A stretch of DNA of 64,000 nt, taken from a virus. Location of the stretch: positions 1 to 64,000 of IMG/VR virus record IMGVR_UViG_3300035698_029335; one strand, given 5' to 3'. The notes beneath the pieces are model-generated. The model did not search any database. It saw only the letters and a program-made list of their open reading frames with translations, and had not been told where the DNA came from. Below, in pieces: positions 1 to 9,339 of this stretch. The number at the start of each line of letters is the position of its first letter. The first letter of the stretch is position 1. The translations under genes and the position numbers were made by a program.

Positions 1-79
1 CTTATAGCTATTATACATCCTTTGTTATAATAGACCGTGTGTTGTACATGTACACTCCTTAACAATAGCGTCTGTTGTT

Positions 80-568
80 TTATTGTTTGGGTGTTTTATT
101 ATTAACTCGTCTTCTGGTATTGATGCTGATACCTTTAATCTTTTTCTTATTATCTCGTCTTCTCTCTTTATCCATCTCTGATATCCGTATGCACAGTTCA
201 TGTCTATTTTCCTGAATATCCACTCTCTCTTTATCCATCTCTATACATTCTTTTATTCTTTGTCTTTTCGACTTTGTTGGTTTCTTGAGCTTATGCACCT
301 TGCTTAATATCATCATATCCATTATACATACTGTGTCTGTCAAGCTTGATGATGGTATTACCTTTACTGAGCTTAGTGATGGTATTCCAATTCCATCATC
401 CTTGCATATGTTTACTTCTGTTACTATGCCTGTTGGTAATCGTCTGCTTGGATCTAGTGTGTAGTATGGATTAAAGAGTGTTAAGTCTCCTACTTCCACA
501 TGTATACTTTTATTCTTTATTTGTTTCAGGTTAATCAAAGCAACTCCCCTCAATGATGTATATCCCAT
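80..568 (-). CDS. GDLV-family small beta-barrel-like protein with basic coiled-coil tail
   Basis: VEVGDLTL...GIVTEV...ILSKV pattern shared with neighbours; EMDKER duplicated internally; true start probably downstream of the ORF-track start. Confidence 0.55.
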   Translation of the reverse strand: MGYTSLRGVALINLKQIKNKSIHVEVGDLTLFNPYYTLDPSRRLPTGIVTEVNICKDDGIGIPSLSSVKVIPSSSLTDTVCIMDMMILSKVHKLKKPTKSKRQRIKECIEMDKERVDIQENRHELCIRISEMDKERRRDNKKKIKGISINTRRRVNNKTPKQ

Positions 569-842
569 AATTTCTTTTGTTTCTTGGTCGAACGGGGTTG
601 CATACTTTGTTTATTATTTGTGTGTCTTCTTTTGGTATATAGCTATGCACTCTACCATCACTTGAAAACAACGATATGCCTCCTCTATGGGGGATGCCTT
701 CGACATAGCTATATATACCAATTACTATGCCGATGTGCGGTAACCAAGGTATCAATGCCAAGTCGCCAATGTCTATATCTTCTGGCTCTTCTGGCTCTTC
801 TGGTTTAGAATTCATTTGTATTACCATCCCACACTCCTTCAA
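531..842 (-). CDS. GDLV-family small protein
   Basis: IDIGDLAL...IGIVIGIY...IINKV; C-terminal RNxRxxGxYIIEG shared with 805..1158; PEE x3 from a 9-bp repeat. Confidence 0.6.
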   Translation of the reverse strand: MKECGMVIQMNSKPEEPEEPEDIDIGDLALIPWLPHIGIVIGIYSYVEGIPHRGGISLFSSDGRVHSYIPKEDTQIINKVCNPVRPRNKRNYGIYIIEGSCFD

Positions 843-1158
843 TGATATAACTGCCTATGTGTCTGATGTTTCTTGATGTGCCTTCTCTCTTTACTTTACT
901 TACTATTCTCATGTCCCTCAACCAATGATGTATATCATTACCCACTAGTGCGGTCACATGGGTTCCTGTGCCGTACGTGGACCTGTATACACCAATTACT
1001 ATGCCTTGTTTATGCCTTACCCAAGTTTGCAAATATGGTGTTGCTATTAAGTCACCAATGTTTATGCCATTGAAGAAGTCATTGTGCTCGTTTTCATAGT
1101 GCTTATTAAAGTCATTATCCATAACAATCCCATATTCCTTCAACAGAGTAGCTACCAA
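805..1158 (-). CDS. GDLV-family small protein
   Basis: INIGDLIA...GIVIGVY...IVSKV...RNIRHIGSYIIEGVWD; paralog of 531..842. Confidence 0.6.
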   Translation of the reverse strand: MVATLLKEYGIVMDNDFNKHYENEHNDFFNGINIGDLIATPYLQTWVRHKQGIVIGVYRSTYGTGTHVTALVGNDIHHWLRDMRIVSKVKREGTSRNIRHIGSYIIEGVWDGNTNEF

Positions 1159-1316
1159 AGTTCCTTATATTCCTTACATCATTATCCTTTTTGCTTACTT
1201 TGCTTACTTTGCTTACTATTGTCCTCACAGTTCGCCAATAATACACTTTTTTGTCTACTAATACGGTTGCATAAGCTTTGCAATCATTGAATTTTCTGCT
1301 CGTTATTTTGTTTCAT
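1115..1316 (-). pseudogene. Truncated paralog of 805..1158
   Basis: One frame reads ATVLVDKKVYYWRTVRTIVSKVSKVSK...RNIRNFGSYSVEGIWD, matching the C-half of 805..1158; the GDLV N-half is missing and the ATG at 1316 is out of frame. Confidence 0.5.
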
Positions 1317-1317
1317 A

Positions 1318-1542
1318 TTAATCTACTACTCTTTGGACCGCAAAGCATTTATCTATTACTGACTCTCTAAAGCCAATAGAATCAGCTCTTGTGCTTACAA
1401 CGTACACAGCCTCTACTCCAGGTGCATAAGAATTACCTGCATCTCCACTAACAAGCGTTCGTTTTATTATTATACCTGTAAGTCCTCCCTTGAACACTAC
1501 CAAGTCCCCTATTCCGTACATGAATGAGTGTTCCTTCTTCAT
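1318..1542 (-). CDS. GDLV-family small protein
   Basis: YGIGDLVVF...GIIIK; ATGA overlap with the upstream ORF. Confidence 0.6.
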   Translation of the reverse strand: MKKEHSFMYGIGDLVVFKGGLTGIIIKRTLVSGDAGNSYAPGVEAVYVVSTRADSIGFRESVIDKCFAVQRVVD

Positions 1543-1754
1543 GACTTCACCACGCTCTGAATTGTATAGAATTCTTTCAACATCCTTTCATCTTCTTTAT
1601 AAGAATAAGTCATATCTAATGCTGATGCTATGACGTACCCGTAATGTTCGGAAGTACTTTTTGCACCATCGAGTGCATCTCGCCATGTTGATTGAGATTC
1701 CCATGTTCCAGATATCACACCTACGATCTTGTCGTTCAGTATTACCAATGTCAC
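1539..1754 (-). CDS. Hypothetical small protein
   Basis: 4-nt start/stop overlaps with both neighbours. Confidence 0.5.
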   Translation of the reverse strand: MTLVILNDKIVGVISGTWESQSTWRDALDGAKSTSEHYGYVIASALDMTYSYKEDERMLKEFYTIQSVVKS

Positions 1755-2035
1755 TTGACTGCCTTACTAATAATCTCGAAGTCACCTCCGCAGTGAGAGA
1801 GAACAAAGCGACCTCCGCAGTGAGAGAGAACAAAGCGATCTTGCCCAGCGCGCCCCAAAAAATCGAAGTATACAACCAATTCATGGAGCTGAAACGATGG
1901 CGAAGACCAACGTTGCACCAGCACAGGGCGTTCCATTGCGCAGCGATCTCTGTTTCTGTACCACGTTGGAGAGTTGAGCTTAACTACCACTAAGTCACCT
2001 ACCTCAAATGAGTGGTTCTTTGTTTCAAGTGTCAT
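1751..2035 (-). CDS. GDLV-family small protein with internal 9-aa duplication
   Basis: FEVGDLVVV...FEIISKAV; RFVLSHCGG twice. Confidence 0.6.
   Translation of the reverse strand: MTLETKNHSFEVGDLVVVKLNSPTWYRNRDRCAMERPVLVQRWSSPSFQLHELVVYFDFLGRAGQDRFVLSHCGGRFVLSHCGGDFEIISKAVK
1784..1837. repeat. Perfect 27-bp tandem duplication
   Basis: acctccgcagtgagagagaacaaagcg x2. Confidence 0.95.
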
Positions 2036-2150
2036 ATTACCGCCTTACTAATCAGCTCAAAGCAACTATTATAGACCTCAACACTAAACATATGCAAGAA
2101 TCCTGTTTCTTTGCTCCTCGAGTTCTCCATAGTCATATTTATGTATGTTG

Positions 2151-2384
2151 CTATTCACTTTCACTGTCGCCCTTCTGTGCAGGAGATATCATCCAAAGGT
2201 CACTAGACCTCAAGTACTCAGCATTTCCTCGTGAAAAGCACACTTTATAACATGGCAATATATAGTGTTCCTTATAATCTTGCTCGATAACTATACCATA
2301 CTCTCCAGTGTCAAGCATTTCTACAAGATCACCAAATTCATAATCATAGTGCACCATGTTGCCCATCCACATCATACAGGTCAA
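2151..2384 (-). CDS. GDLV-family small protein
   Basis: YEFGDLVEM...YGIVIE...YKVCF...LWMIS. Confidence 0.6.
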   Translation of the reverse strand: MTCMMWMGNMVHYDYEFGDLVEMLDTGEYGIVIEQDYKEHYILPCYKVCFSRGNAEYLRSSDLWMISPAQKGDSESE

Positions 2385-2571
2385 AAAGTGTAGTGTTCAA
2401 TATGCCTGTATGAGAATTTGACCATACAACCTCGTAAGAGTTATTGTCGATCATACGAAGGACAAGTCCGACCAAAGGCTTGTCCTTCGCATGCGCTTGT
2501 GCTCGCTCTCCACTCCACATAGCACCAGTAAAGACTACTAAGTCACCAGGAGTGAACCTCTTACCCTTCAT
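2344..2571 (-). CDS. GDLV-family small protein
   Basis: FTPGDLVVF...VGLVLR...YEVVW. Confidence 0.6.
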   Translation of the reverse strand: MKGKRFTPGDLVVFTGAMWSGERAQAHAKDKPLVGLVLRMIDNNSYEVVWSNSHTGILNTTLFDLYDVDGQHGAL

Positions 2572-2851
2572 AGTAAGCTGTTAGATGCGCAGTGTCAGGT
2601 AGTGCTTCTTCATAGTCGTCATCGTTGTCGTCATAGGTTTCCGATTGCACAGCTTTTTCTAATTGTGTAAGCTCACACAAGTCGACCACCACTTTGATTC
2701 GGCTTTCGTCTTTCACTACCATTGCGCTTGTGCTGGTGCTGTCAACATTGATGATCGTGCCGTTAAAATGCTTTCGCGCATAGCAACCTCTACTTTCTTC
2801 AGTCAGTTCGTACCAAGCAACACGTCGATTAACCATATAGTGATGATACAT
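2561..2851 (-). CDS. Hypothetical protein
   Basis: RBS GGAG upstream; lies downstream of the promoter at 2888-2916. Confidence 0.5.
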   Translation of the reverse strand: MYHHYMVNRRVAWYELTEESRGCYARKHFNGTIINVDSTSTSAMVVKDESRIKVVVDLCELTQLEKAVQSETYDDNDDDYEEALPDTAHLTAYYEG

Positions 2852-2887
2852 CTTCTACTCCCTTTGTTTGTTCTTCGTTCCTGTTTT

Positions 2888-2916
2888 ACGATACAGATCT
2901 TTTTTCAACCTGTCAA
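2888..2916 (-). promoter_or_regulatory. Sigma70-type promoter (GATC-box variant)
   Basis: TTGACA-17-TATCGT with AGATCTG abutting the -10. Confidence 0.5.
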
Positions 2917-2986
2917 ATCCTATCGGCACATATTTGAGATCTGCTCTGCCGTCTTGTTGCTATAGATACTACCCTCTCCTCTACAA

Positions 2987-3277
2987 CTACAATTCGATGC
3001 TCGCATCGTAGGATGCTTCTTCGTCGATCTGGCTCTCGAATACATCTTCGCCCACCTTGACCGGCTCATTGACGACGACGACCACTGACGGATAATAAGA
3101 TCCGCGTCTTTGCTCTCGAATAGGAGGCTGCATTGCCCGGTTTGCTCTACGCGCAGCCATCGCCGTAGCGTGGCGCGACAAAACCGTGCCCCATTCGTCG
3201 CCTAGGACGTGCATTCGGGAGAGGAGCACAAAAGGAAGCTTGATTTCTGTCATAATTCCACCTTTAGCCGATGTCAT
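2987..3277 (-). CDS. Hypothetical protein, GC-richer than its surroundings
   Basis: Probable start MTEIKL after AAAGGTGG; has its own promoter at 3353-3381. Confidence 0.5.
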   Translation of the reverse strand: MTSAKGGIMTEIKLPFVLLSRMHVLGDEWGTVLSRHATAMAARRANRAMQPPIREQRRGSYYPSVVVVVNEPVKVGEDVFESQIDEEASYDASIEL

Positions 3278-3352
3278 CGGCTGATTTGACCACCTAGAGA
3301 AGCCTAGGCGTCTGATTCACTCGCTCACGCGAGTCGCTGTTTGGCTGTCCCT

Positions 3353-3381
3353 ACTCTAGCAGATCACATTGCGCTTGTCAA
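3353..3381 (-). promoter_or_regulatory. Sigma70-type promoter, GATC-box class
   Basis: TTGACA agcgcaatgtGATCtgc TAGAGT (17-nt spacer). Confidence 0.75.
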
Positions 3382-3458
3382 CAAACTAAGTGCAGCTGTT
3401 CCGATACGTTTGATGTTGATGGCTTTCGAGTTTTTCATTGAGGTCCTTTTCTTAAGTC

Positions 3459-3487
3459 ATCTTATCAGATCATTTTCTGCCTGTCAA
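3459..3487 (-). promoter_or_regulatory. Sigma70-type promoter, GATC-box class
   Basis: TTGACA ggcagaaaatGATCtga TAAGAT. Confidence 0.75.
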
Positions 3488-3678
3488 CCTTTCGCCGAAA
3501 GGATCTCAAAGCCCTCCCAGAAATAAAGATGATCTGGTTCCCAAAATCCAAACGGCATCGAGCTCTTTACACCAACCAGCTTAACGATGCCCAACCCCTT
3601 CCTTGCTTCATGCACTAGAGCAAGGTATGAGCCATCTTTTTTATATACCAAATCTCCAACTTCTAGACACACACACAT
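3484..3678 (-). CDS. GDLV-family small protein
   Basis: LEVGDLVYK...ALVHE...FEILSAK. Confidence 0.55.
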   Translation of the reverse strand: MCVCLEVGDLVYKKDGSYLALVHEARKGLGIVKLVGVKSSMPFGFWEPDHLYFWEGFEILSAKG

Positions 3679-3943
3679 CAGATAGCCGCTCGGCGCTGCT
3701 TCTTCTCTCTCGATTTAGCTTTGGCGCGATCTCTTTTCTCACCTATAGAGGAGATGCTTAGGTCGTCGTGACTGTCTGGGCGATGTCGTCGCCGCAATGG
3801 CTTTTCGCCATCTGCTTTTGCAGCTGCTTCTTCTCGTCGTTCGACCGTTGTCTTTGGTCGCCGAATATAGTGCTTATATCTCGTTCTTTGCATGCGTCGC
3901 CCCTCATAGAGCATTTGTATTAATTATGTCAACAAAAACCAAC

Positions 3944-4432
3944 TCACCTAGCCAACCTTAATTCAGTGTTACACAATGTGCACTTATAGCGTGCACCATT
4001 CACCATGCGCGTACGCCTATTCATGGTGATGTGGTGCACGCTACAATCACAGAAGGCTTCTTGGTGTTTGGTTATGGAATCTGATTTTTCAATCACACAC
4101 TCAGTCGATACTGGAATGCCGACCAATAACGCAAACTCTTGCCATTCTTTTCCGTGGTGCTCCTCTAGATGCCATGTGGTATCATTGGTGAATGCATGTG
4201 CAAGGTGCGCAACTTCATGAAGTATCACTTCTCGTTGCTTCTCTTTAGTAGCAATACTGAACAATTTCGCTGACAGTTTTATATACTTGCTTTGCATATC
4301 AGCTGACCCGGCGCGCCTTGTGAGTCTATTACTATAACTCCAGTCGATGAGCGGGTACAGCTGCATACAGTCCATTTCCTGACAGGCGCTGAACATGATC
4401 TCGTCTACTTCCCTTTCACATAATCTTGTCAC
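3944..4432 (-). CDS. SprT-like zinc metalloprotease
   Basis: SNRLTRRAG, HEVAH, HGKEWQ and a C-terminal CxC...CxxC zinc ribbon. Confidence 0.85.
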   Translation of the reverse strand: MTRLCEREVDEIMFSACQEMDCMQLYPLIDWSYSNRLTRRAGSADMQSKYIKLSAKLFSIATKEKQREVILHEVAHLAHAFTNDTTWHLEEHHGKEWQEFALLVGIPVSTECVIEKSDSITKHQEAFCDCSVHHITMNRRTRMVNGARYKCTLCNTELRLAR

Positions 4433-4446
4433 TTCTGCCTCACTCT

Positions 4447-4977
4447 TTAGTAGCGGAATCCTACGGTGAGCTTGAACATTTCGTCAAAGCGGCACTCAAG
4501 TTCTGCGACGCCCTCTTTGGTTACTTTTACCACAGTAGGAGACCACGGTCCGCTGTAATATCCGTGAGAATAACGATGGAAAGCAGTGTATGTTTCCCAA
4601 CCAGAGATATCAAGCTCAAATGGTACCTTCTCCATTTCATCGCAACCAAAGGAGTATGTTTCGAAGCGAAGAGTAGTCGAGCGCATTTCAGCAACTTTTT
4701 CAATCAACACTTCCACCTCGTTTTTTGTGTCGATCAAAGCTTGGCGTTCTGCATCGCGCCGCATCAACGCCAAGCAGTCACCTTCTGGCGCTTCACTTGC
4801 AGGCACCTGATCTGTGCTCACATCATACTCAGCACCAAGGCTGCCATACGACAAGACACCATCGAGACCACATTCTTCCGCAAGAGCGACCTCGGCTGCA
4901 GCTGGCGGTGCGCTGGGGCTTGGAGTGCAAGCCGAAAGGATGGTAGCAAAAAGGGCGAGGAGGTTGATTTTTTTCAT
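4447..4977 (-). CDS. Putative lipoprotein
   Basis: MKK + hydrophobic stretch + LSAC lipobox; promoter immediately upstream. Confidence 0.65.
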   Translation of the reverse strand: MKKINLLALFATILSACTPSPSAPPAAAEVALAEECGLDGVLSYGSLGAEYDVSTDQVPASEAPEGDCLALMRRDAERQALIDTKNEVEVLIEKVAEMRSTTLRFETYSFGCDEMEKVPFELDISGWETYTAFHRYSHGYYSGPWSPTVVKVTKEGVAELECRFDEMFKLTVGFRY

Positions 4978-5015
4978 TTTCTTTTTCTTTCTTGCTGCTC
5001 TGCGCAGCTGATTTT

Positions 5016-5044
5016 ATCTTAACAGATCATTTATGAAATGTCAA
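5016..5044 (-). promoter_or_regulatory. Sigma70-type promoter, GATC-box class
   Basis: TTGACA tttcataaatGATCtgt TAAGAT. Confidence 0.75.
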
Positions 5045-5350
5045 CCTCCCTGAGTGAGTGTGGGAAACATTTTTTTTATTGCTCATGCCGATCCCTCACT
5101 TGGTTCTGCTACACTACTAAGCAAGGTAAATAAAACCAAGAACAGTCGCGACGATAGTCATGAAGGAAAAAATCAAAAATACCGACTCAGCGTCTGTTGT
5201 TTTCTGGTGGTTCATGATCTCTTCTTGGTTTACTTGTTGTACGAAATTTCGCTTATTTAGGCGAATGATGTCCTCGATGTTTCTAAATTCCTTGCTGCCT
5301 CTCATCTACACCTCTTTTGTAAGAATAAAAAAATCCCTATTACAGGGATC

Positions 5351-5379
5351 ATTTTAACAGATCATTTTGTTTCTGTCAA
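5351..5379 (-). promoter_or_regulatory. Sigma70-type promoter, GATC-box class
   Basis: TTGACA gaaacaaaatGATCtgt TAAAAT. Confidence 0.75.
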
Positions 5380-5466
5380 TCTATCGCCTGGGGGAAAGAC
5401 CCTCTTTTATTAAAATATATAAAAATGGCAATGAACAACACCATAACAAGGTGCCAAGTAAGAGCA

Positions 5467-6039
5467 TTATGAGCGAACTGCGTCCAACACACCAGGCAAC
5501 TCTTGTTCAATCTCGTCACTAACCTCATCATCCAATTGTTCTAGAACTGCCTTCATTACAGCAGTGACAATAGGTAGCATCTGAGCAATAGGCAAACCTG
5601 TCTGGTTCTGTAGTCTTTTTGCTATCTTTGCTGACAACTGCTTCCCCTTGCTGAAGTTCATTATTTGAGTCAAGTTGTTGTTCCAAATAGTATGCATCTT
5701 TAGTGCGCCAGAACCAGCTGGAGTTATGTTTCCACCTTGCACATATTTAGATGACTTTGTTGCCCTAGAGTCACTTGAAACGTTGTCATCGTCTGACTTT
5801 ATTGGGCGTCGACCTTGGTCAATAATATTCGTTGCAACGTCATCTGAATTGGTCGGAGTTTTTGTGTCTTGGTCGTCGCCTGGTTTCGACCGCACTGTCT
5901 TTTCACCTTGTTCTTCAATAACATGAATATTATCCATGTCTTCGTGGTATCTCCTTACTCGATTTTCAATAAGCGCCTCTCTCAATACCTTCTTGATGTT
6001 ATCTAGCTCTGACATAACTGGACCTCCAATATAATACAA
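5467..6039 (-). CDS. Hypothetical protein, possibly late/virion-associated
   Basis: Probable start MSELD after GGAGG; ACTATTTA motif at 6040-6047. Confidence 0.5.
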   Translation of the reverse strand: MYYIGGPVMSELDNIKKVLREALIENRVRRYHEDMDNIHVIEEQGEKTVRSKPGDDQDTKTPTNSDDVATNIIDQGRRPIKSDDDNVSSDSRATKSSKYVQGGNITPAGSGALKMHTIWNNNLTQIMNFSKGKQLSAKIAKRLQNQTGLPIAQMLPIVTAVMKAVLEQLDDEVSDEIEQELPGVLDAVRS

Positions 6040-6057
6040 TAAATAGTTTTTAGATGC

Positions 6058-6657
6058 TCAAAACCCATTATAATCCCAGTGCCATGGCTCATGTTCGACT
6101 GTATTGTAGAAGCCGAAAGATGGTCCATTCTTCTTTAGCCACCAAAACAACCTTGTCGGGCATCGCACGCCAGAAACACCGTGATGCTTCGTATGTTTGC
6201 AATATTCTTTAGAATAGTGGTTCTTGTTGATGCTTTTATATGGGATAAATGCTGTAGTTCCGGCAATGTCTACAGCCGTACCAGTCTGGTGGTTGCTCCA
6301 CCCGACCTTGGCTGCTATTTCGCCGAGTCTGCGCCGGAGTCGTCGCTGCTCTCTTCGCGTGCGAAAGGCTGAGTTTATGCGAATAGAGAATCCAGCTTCT
6401 TCGGCTTTCTCTGCTAGCTCAACGAAGTTCTCTGCGGCATCTATTTGTAGCTTGAGCCAGTTGCCGTTGACGTCTCTAAAGGGGATGGTCGATGCTACAA
6501 TGAGGACCTTTTCTCCTTCTCTATAACCCTCTACTCGTTCATTATAGTTTATACTATAATCTATACTCTTCTCGATATAACATGAGTCTGCTATAGAGGA
6601 AGGCGTTGCTGTATATATACTAAACAGCGCTCCTACAACAATCACTGTGCTGAGCAT
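6058..6657 (-). CDS. M15-family D-Ala-D-Ala carboxypeptidase (VanY-like) peptidoglycan peptidase
   Basis: INSAFRT..EQ, SNHQTGTAVDI and EPWHWDY motifs; hydrophobic N-terminus. Confidence 0.9.
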   Translation of the reverse strand: MLSTVIVVGALFSIYTATPSSIADSCYIEKSIDYSINYNERVEGYREGEKVLIVASTIPFRDVNGNWLKLQIDAAENFVELAEKAEEAGFSIRINSAFRTRREQRRLRRRLGEIAAKVGWSNHQTGTAVDIAGTTAFIPYKSINKNHYSKEYCKHTKHHGVSGVRCPTRLFWWLKKNGPSFGFYNTVEHEPWHWDYNGF

Positions 6658-6667
6658 GTAAGCCTCT

Positions 6668-6946
6668 TTACTTTGCGCGCCTGTGAATTATGACATCCGA
6701 AGAATAGAACCACATTTTCTTAGAAGCCCACAAAATCAATAGTTGTGGCTTGCTTGGCAGTAAATCTTCACTGTCACTTGTACTAAGCGCTTTAATCAAA
6801 TTGATGGCGTCGTCGAGGTCAGTCAAATCTCTCTCGACGACGAGCACCACTCCCAGCCCTGCTTCTAGCAACTCGTCATTTGCGAGTCTCACTAAATCAC
6901 CTGGCTCAAATTCCAAACTCAGTATTTCCAGCAAATTGCTATTCAT
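6668..6946 (-). CDS. GDLV-family small protein
   Basis: FEPGDLVRL...LGVVLVV...LILW. Confidence 0.5.
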   Translation of the reverse strand: MNSNLLEILSLEFEPGDLVRLANDELLEAGLGVVLVVERDLTDLDDAINLIKALSTSDSEDLLPSKPQLLILWASKKMWFYSSDVIIHRRAK

Positions 6947-7000
6947 AACAGAGCTAATTAGTCAGCCTAAACTAGATGTACTAATCTGGCTTACACTTTT

Positions 7001-8887
7001 TCAAAAACATATATTAGTGAATACTTTTCGTAACTTAGAGACATATTCTTCTGGGTCTGGCGGCATCAATGAGATTAGCCGCTTTGATTCATAGAAAGTC
7101 GGTCTATTCCACATCGGAAAATAAGATGGATGGGTAAAGACATATGTTTCATACCTATCACCTGACACGCATTCTCCCACTCTACAATTTGAAGTATTGG
7201 CTGCTACATTATCTTGATTATATCCCGACCAAGTCTGACCTATTTCATCCGTCATTAAAATGATGTATGGATACGCATCATCTCTCCAACTAATAGCCAA
7301 TGGATTCATCAGCGAAGCCAAGTCATGCATAACATCATAGCTTGGCTCTAATGCTGGATAATCGCATACAATAGAGCTGAGAACAGCTATGAATTGTGTC
7401 ACGCTGACCAAATCAGTAATGACTGCATAAGGCTGATCAGGCGTGACAATATTAACTTCAGCTGGAAATATAACCAAACCAAAGTTGTGTTCGAGTGCCT
7501 GAAACTCTGCCACATATGTGCCCAACCCAATTGCTATTGCGGCAATGTATTCACACATTGATTCTGACCCGTCTATTGCGAAGATTATATCTACCTTGTC
7601 GTGTATGTCCAAATCTTCATCAATTTCACCATCACAATCATTGTCTTTTCCGTCGCAAACTTCTTCTTCTGGTCCAATCGCCCCTATACATTGACTCCAC
7701 TCTCCTGCTATACACGTATTTGCCCCCATTCTGCACTCACCTATGATTGCATATGCAGAGCCTGTGTCTCCGCACGAGCCACTAAAGTTGTCAACCTCCC
7801 CGTCACAATCATCATCATAGTTGTTGCATTCTTCTGTACTATTACTCAGATAATAACAAATGCCCCATTCACCATTGATATCGCATTCTTTCGTACCAAC
7901 ACCGCAACCCAAATACTCTCCAGTAAGTCTATCGACGGTATCGCTAGCACAAAGCGTAAATGTGCCTGGTACACACAGACAATCTTCGTCTATATCTCCA
8001 TCACAATCATTATCGAGCCCGTCACATACTTCTATGGATGGTTGTGGTGCGCTGCAGCTGCCCCATGCTCCTCTTGAGCACGTCTCAACACCGTTTCCGC
8101 ATATTGTCGAACAAGCACGTGCTAAATCATCATCTATTCGCCCGTTGCAATCATTGTCCCTATCATCACATAGCTCTGGTGTTGCAATAACCTGCTCAAA
8201 GCAATATAATTCTCCATTAAAACAATGATACACACCTTGTCGGCACATACCGATCTCTCGGCTGTCACCACAAGCCATACCCTCTATGTCAACGTCATCG
8301 TCTACTTCACCATTGCAATTATTATCCCTTCCGTCACACAATTCGGCTGACCATGGTGCTTGAAGAGGGTCGTTGTCATCACAATCATTGCATGCTGGAT
8401 AACCATCATTGTCAGCGTCTGTAGTTTCATCCAACGGCACAATGCCATCACAATTATTATCAATACCATCACACTCTTCAGGTGCACCTGGGTTTATGTT
8501 CGGATCATTGTCGTCACAATCATTCTGGCATACCGTAAAGCCATCTCTATCGTTGTCATAACCTTCATCTATATAAGAATCGCAATTGTTGTCTCTGCCA
8601 TCACATAGCTCTTCACTTGGCAGTACGTAGCCGAAACAATATACTTCAAAATCTTCCGTACAGCGCGTTGTACCGGTCCTGCACTCGCCGGTAGTATCCA
8701 CTACCCTCAGTTTATCTCCAGTTATAACTAAATTATCGACAACGTAACAAGCTTCGGTTTGTGGACACGTTCTATGTAATTTTTGGTCACACTCACAGCC
8801 ACTTAAAATATATAACAGCAAGAGTGGTAAACACAGGCTTGCTTTAATCTGTTTTGTTTTCAACGTAACCCCCATAAAAAATGCCAT
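7001..8887 (-). CDS. Cys/Asp-rich MopE-type metal-binding-repeat lipoprotein with C-terminal vWA domain
   Basis: About seven E.CDG.DNNC.G.IDE repeats; ILSGC lipobox; VDIIFAIDGSESM (MIDAS DxSxS) and IILMTDE. Confidence 0.85.
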   Translation of the reverse strand: MAFFMGVTLKTKQIKASLCLPLLLLYILSGCECDQKLHRTCPQTEACYVVDNLVITGDKLRVVDTTGECRTGTTRCTEDFEVYCFGYVLPSEELCDGRDNNCDSYIDEGYDNDRDGFTVCQNDCDDNDPNINPGAPEECDGIDNNCDGIVPLDETTDADNDGYPACNDCDDNDPLQAPWSAELCDGRDNNCNGEVDDDVDIEGMACGDSREIGMCRQGVYHCFNGELYCFEQVIATPELCDDRDNDCNGRIDDDLARACSTICGNGVETCSRGAWGSCSAPQPSIEVCDGLDNDCDGDIDEDCLCVPGTFTLCASDTVDRLTGEYLGCGVGTKECDINGEWGICYYLSNSTEECNNYDDDCDGEVDNFSGSCGDTGSAYAIIGECRMGANTCIAGEWSQCIGAIGPEEEVCDGKDNDCDGEIDEDLDIHDKVDIIFAIDGSESMCEYIAAIAIGLGTYVAEFQALEHNFGLVIFPAEVNIVTPDQPYAVITDLVSVTQFIAVLSSIVCDYPALEPSYDVMHDLASLMNPLAISWRDDAYPYIILMTDEIGQTWSGYNQDNVAANTSNCRVGECVSGDRYETYVFTHPSYFPMWNRPTFYESKRLISLMPPDPEEYVSKLRKVFTNICF

Positions 8888-8916
8888 AATTCCTATAAAG
8901 CCATGGCTCTATATTC

Positions 8917-8945
8917 ATTATAGCACAGTGTTCTAATTTTGTCAA
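8917..8945 (-). promoter_or_regulatory. Consensus sigma70-type promoter (non-GATC class)
   Basis: TTGACA aaattagaacactgtgc TATAAT. Confidence 0.75.
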
Positions 8946-8948
8946 CAA

Positions 8949-9293
8949 CTAAATTGCAACTGGTGACGATAAATATTCAAATCTAATAACACCAGGTATC
9001 CGTATCACTTCCTTTTTGATCCTCAAAAAGTTACCTGACACTGATTTTTGCCTAAGAGGAGAAGTGTCAATTTTCAACGTTATCTTAGAGTAATTGTTGC
9101 CTCCAGAATCACGATGCTCTCCCATGTCCACAATCGTAACGCCTTCGATCGCTCTAATATCAGAAAGTATACTTCCTTTCGTTCTTTTTACTGACATACC
9201 TATGACTAAAGCACAATCGATACTGAAGATGTCGGACTTACCATCTTTAGCTTCTGTCAGGAATTTGCGAAATGATTCGTATTGTTTTTTCAT
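8949..9293 (-). CDS. Hypothetical protein, possibly late
   Basis: RBS GAGGT; CTACTTA motif upstream; N-terminal ESFRKFLTE. Confidence 0.5.
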   Translation of the reverse strand: MKKQYESFRKFLTEAKDGKSDIFSIDCALVIGMSVKRTKGSILSDIRAIEGVTIVDMGEHRDSGGNNYSKITLKIDTSPLRQKSVSGNFLRIKKEVIRIPGVIRFEYLSSPVAI

Positions 9294-9339
9294 AGCTATT
9301 ACCTCTTATACTAAGTAGCAAAAGTGCACCTAAACACAC

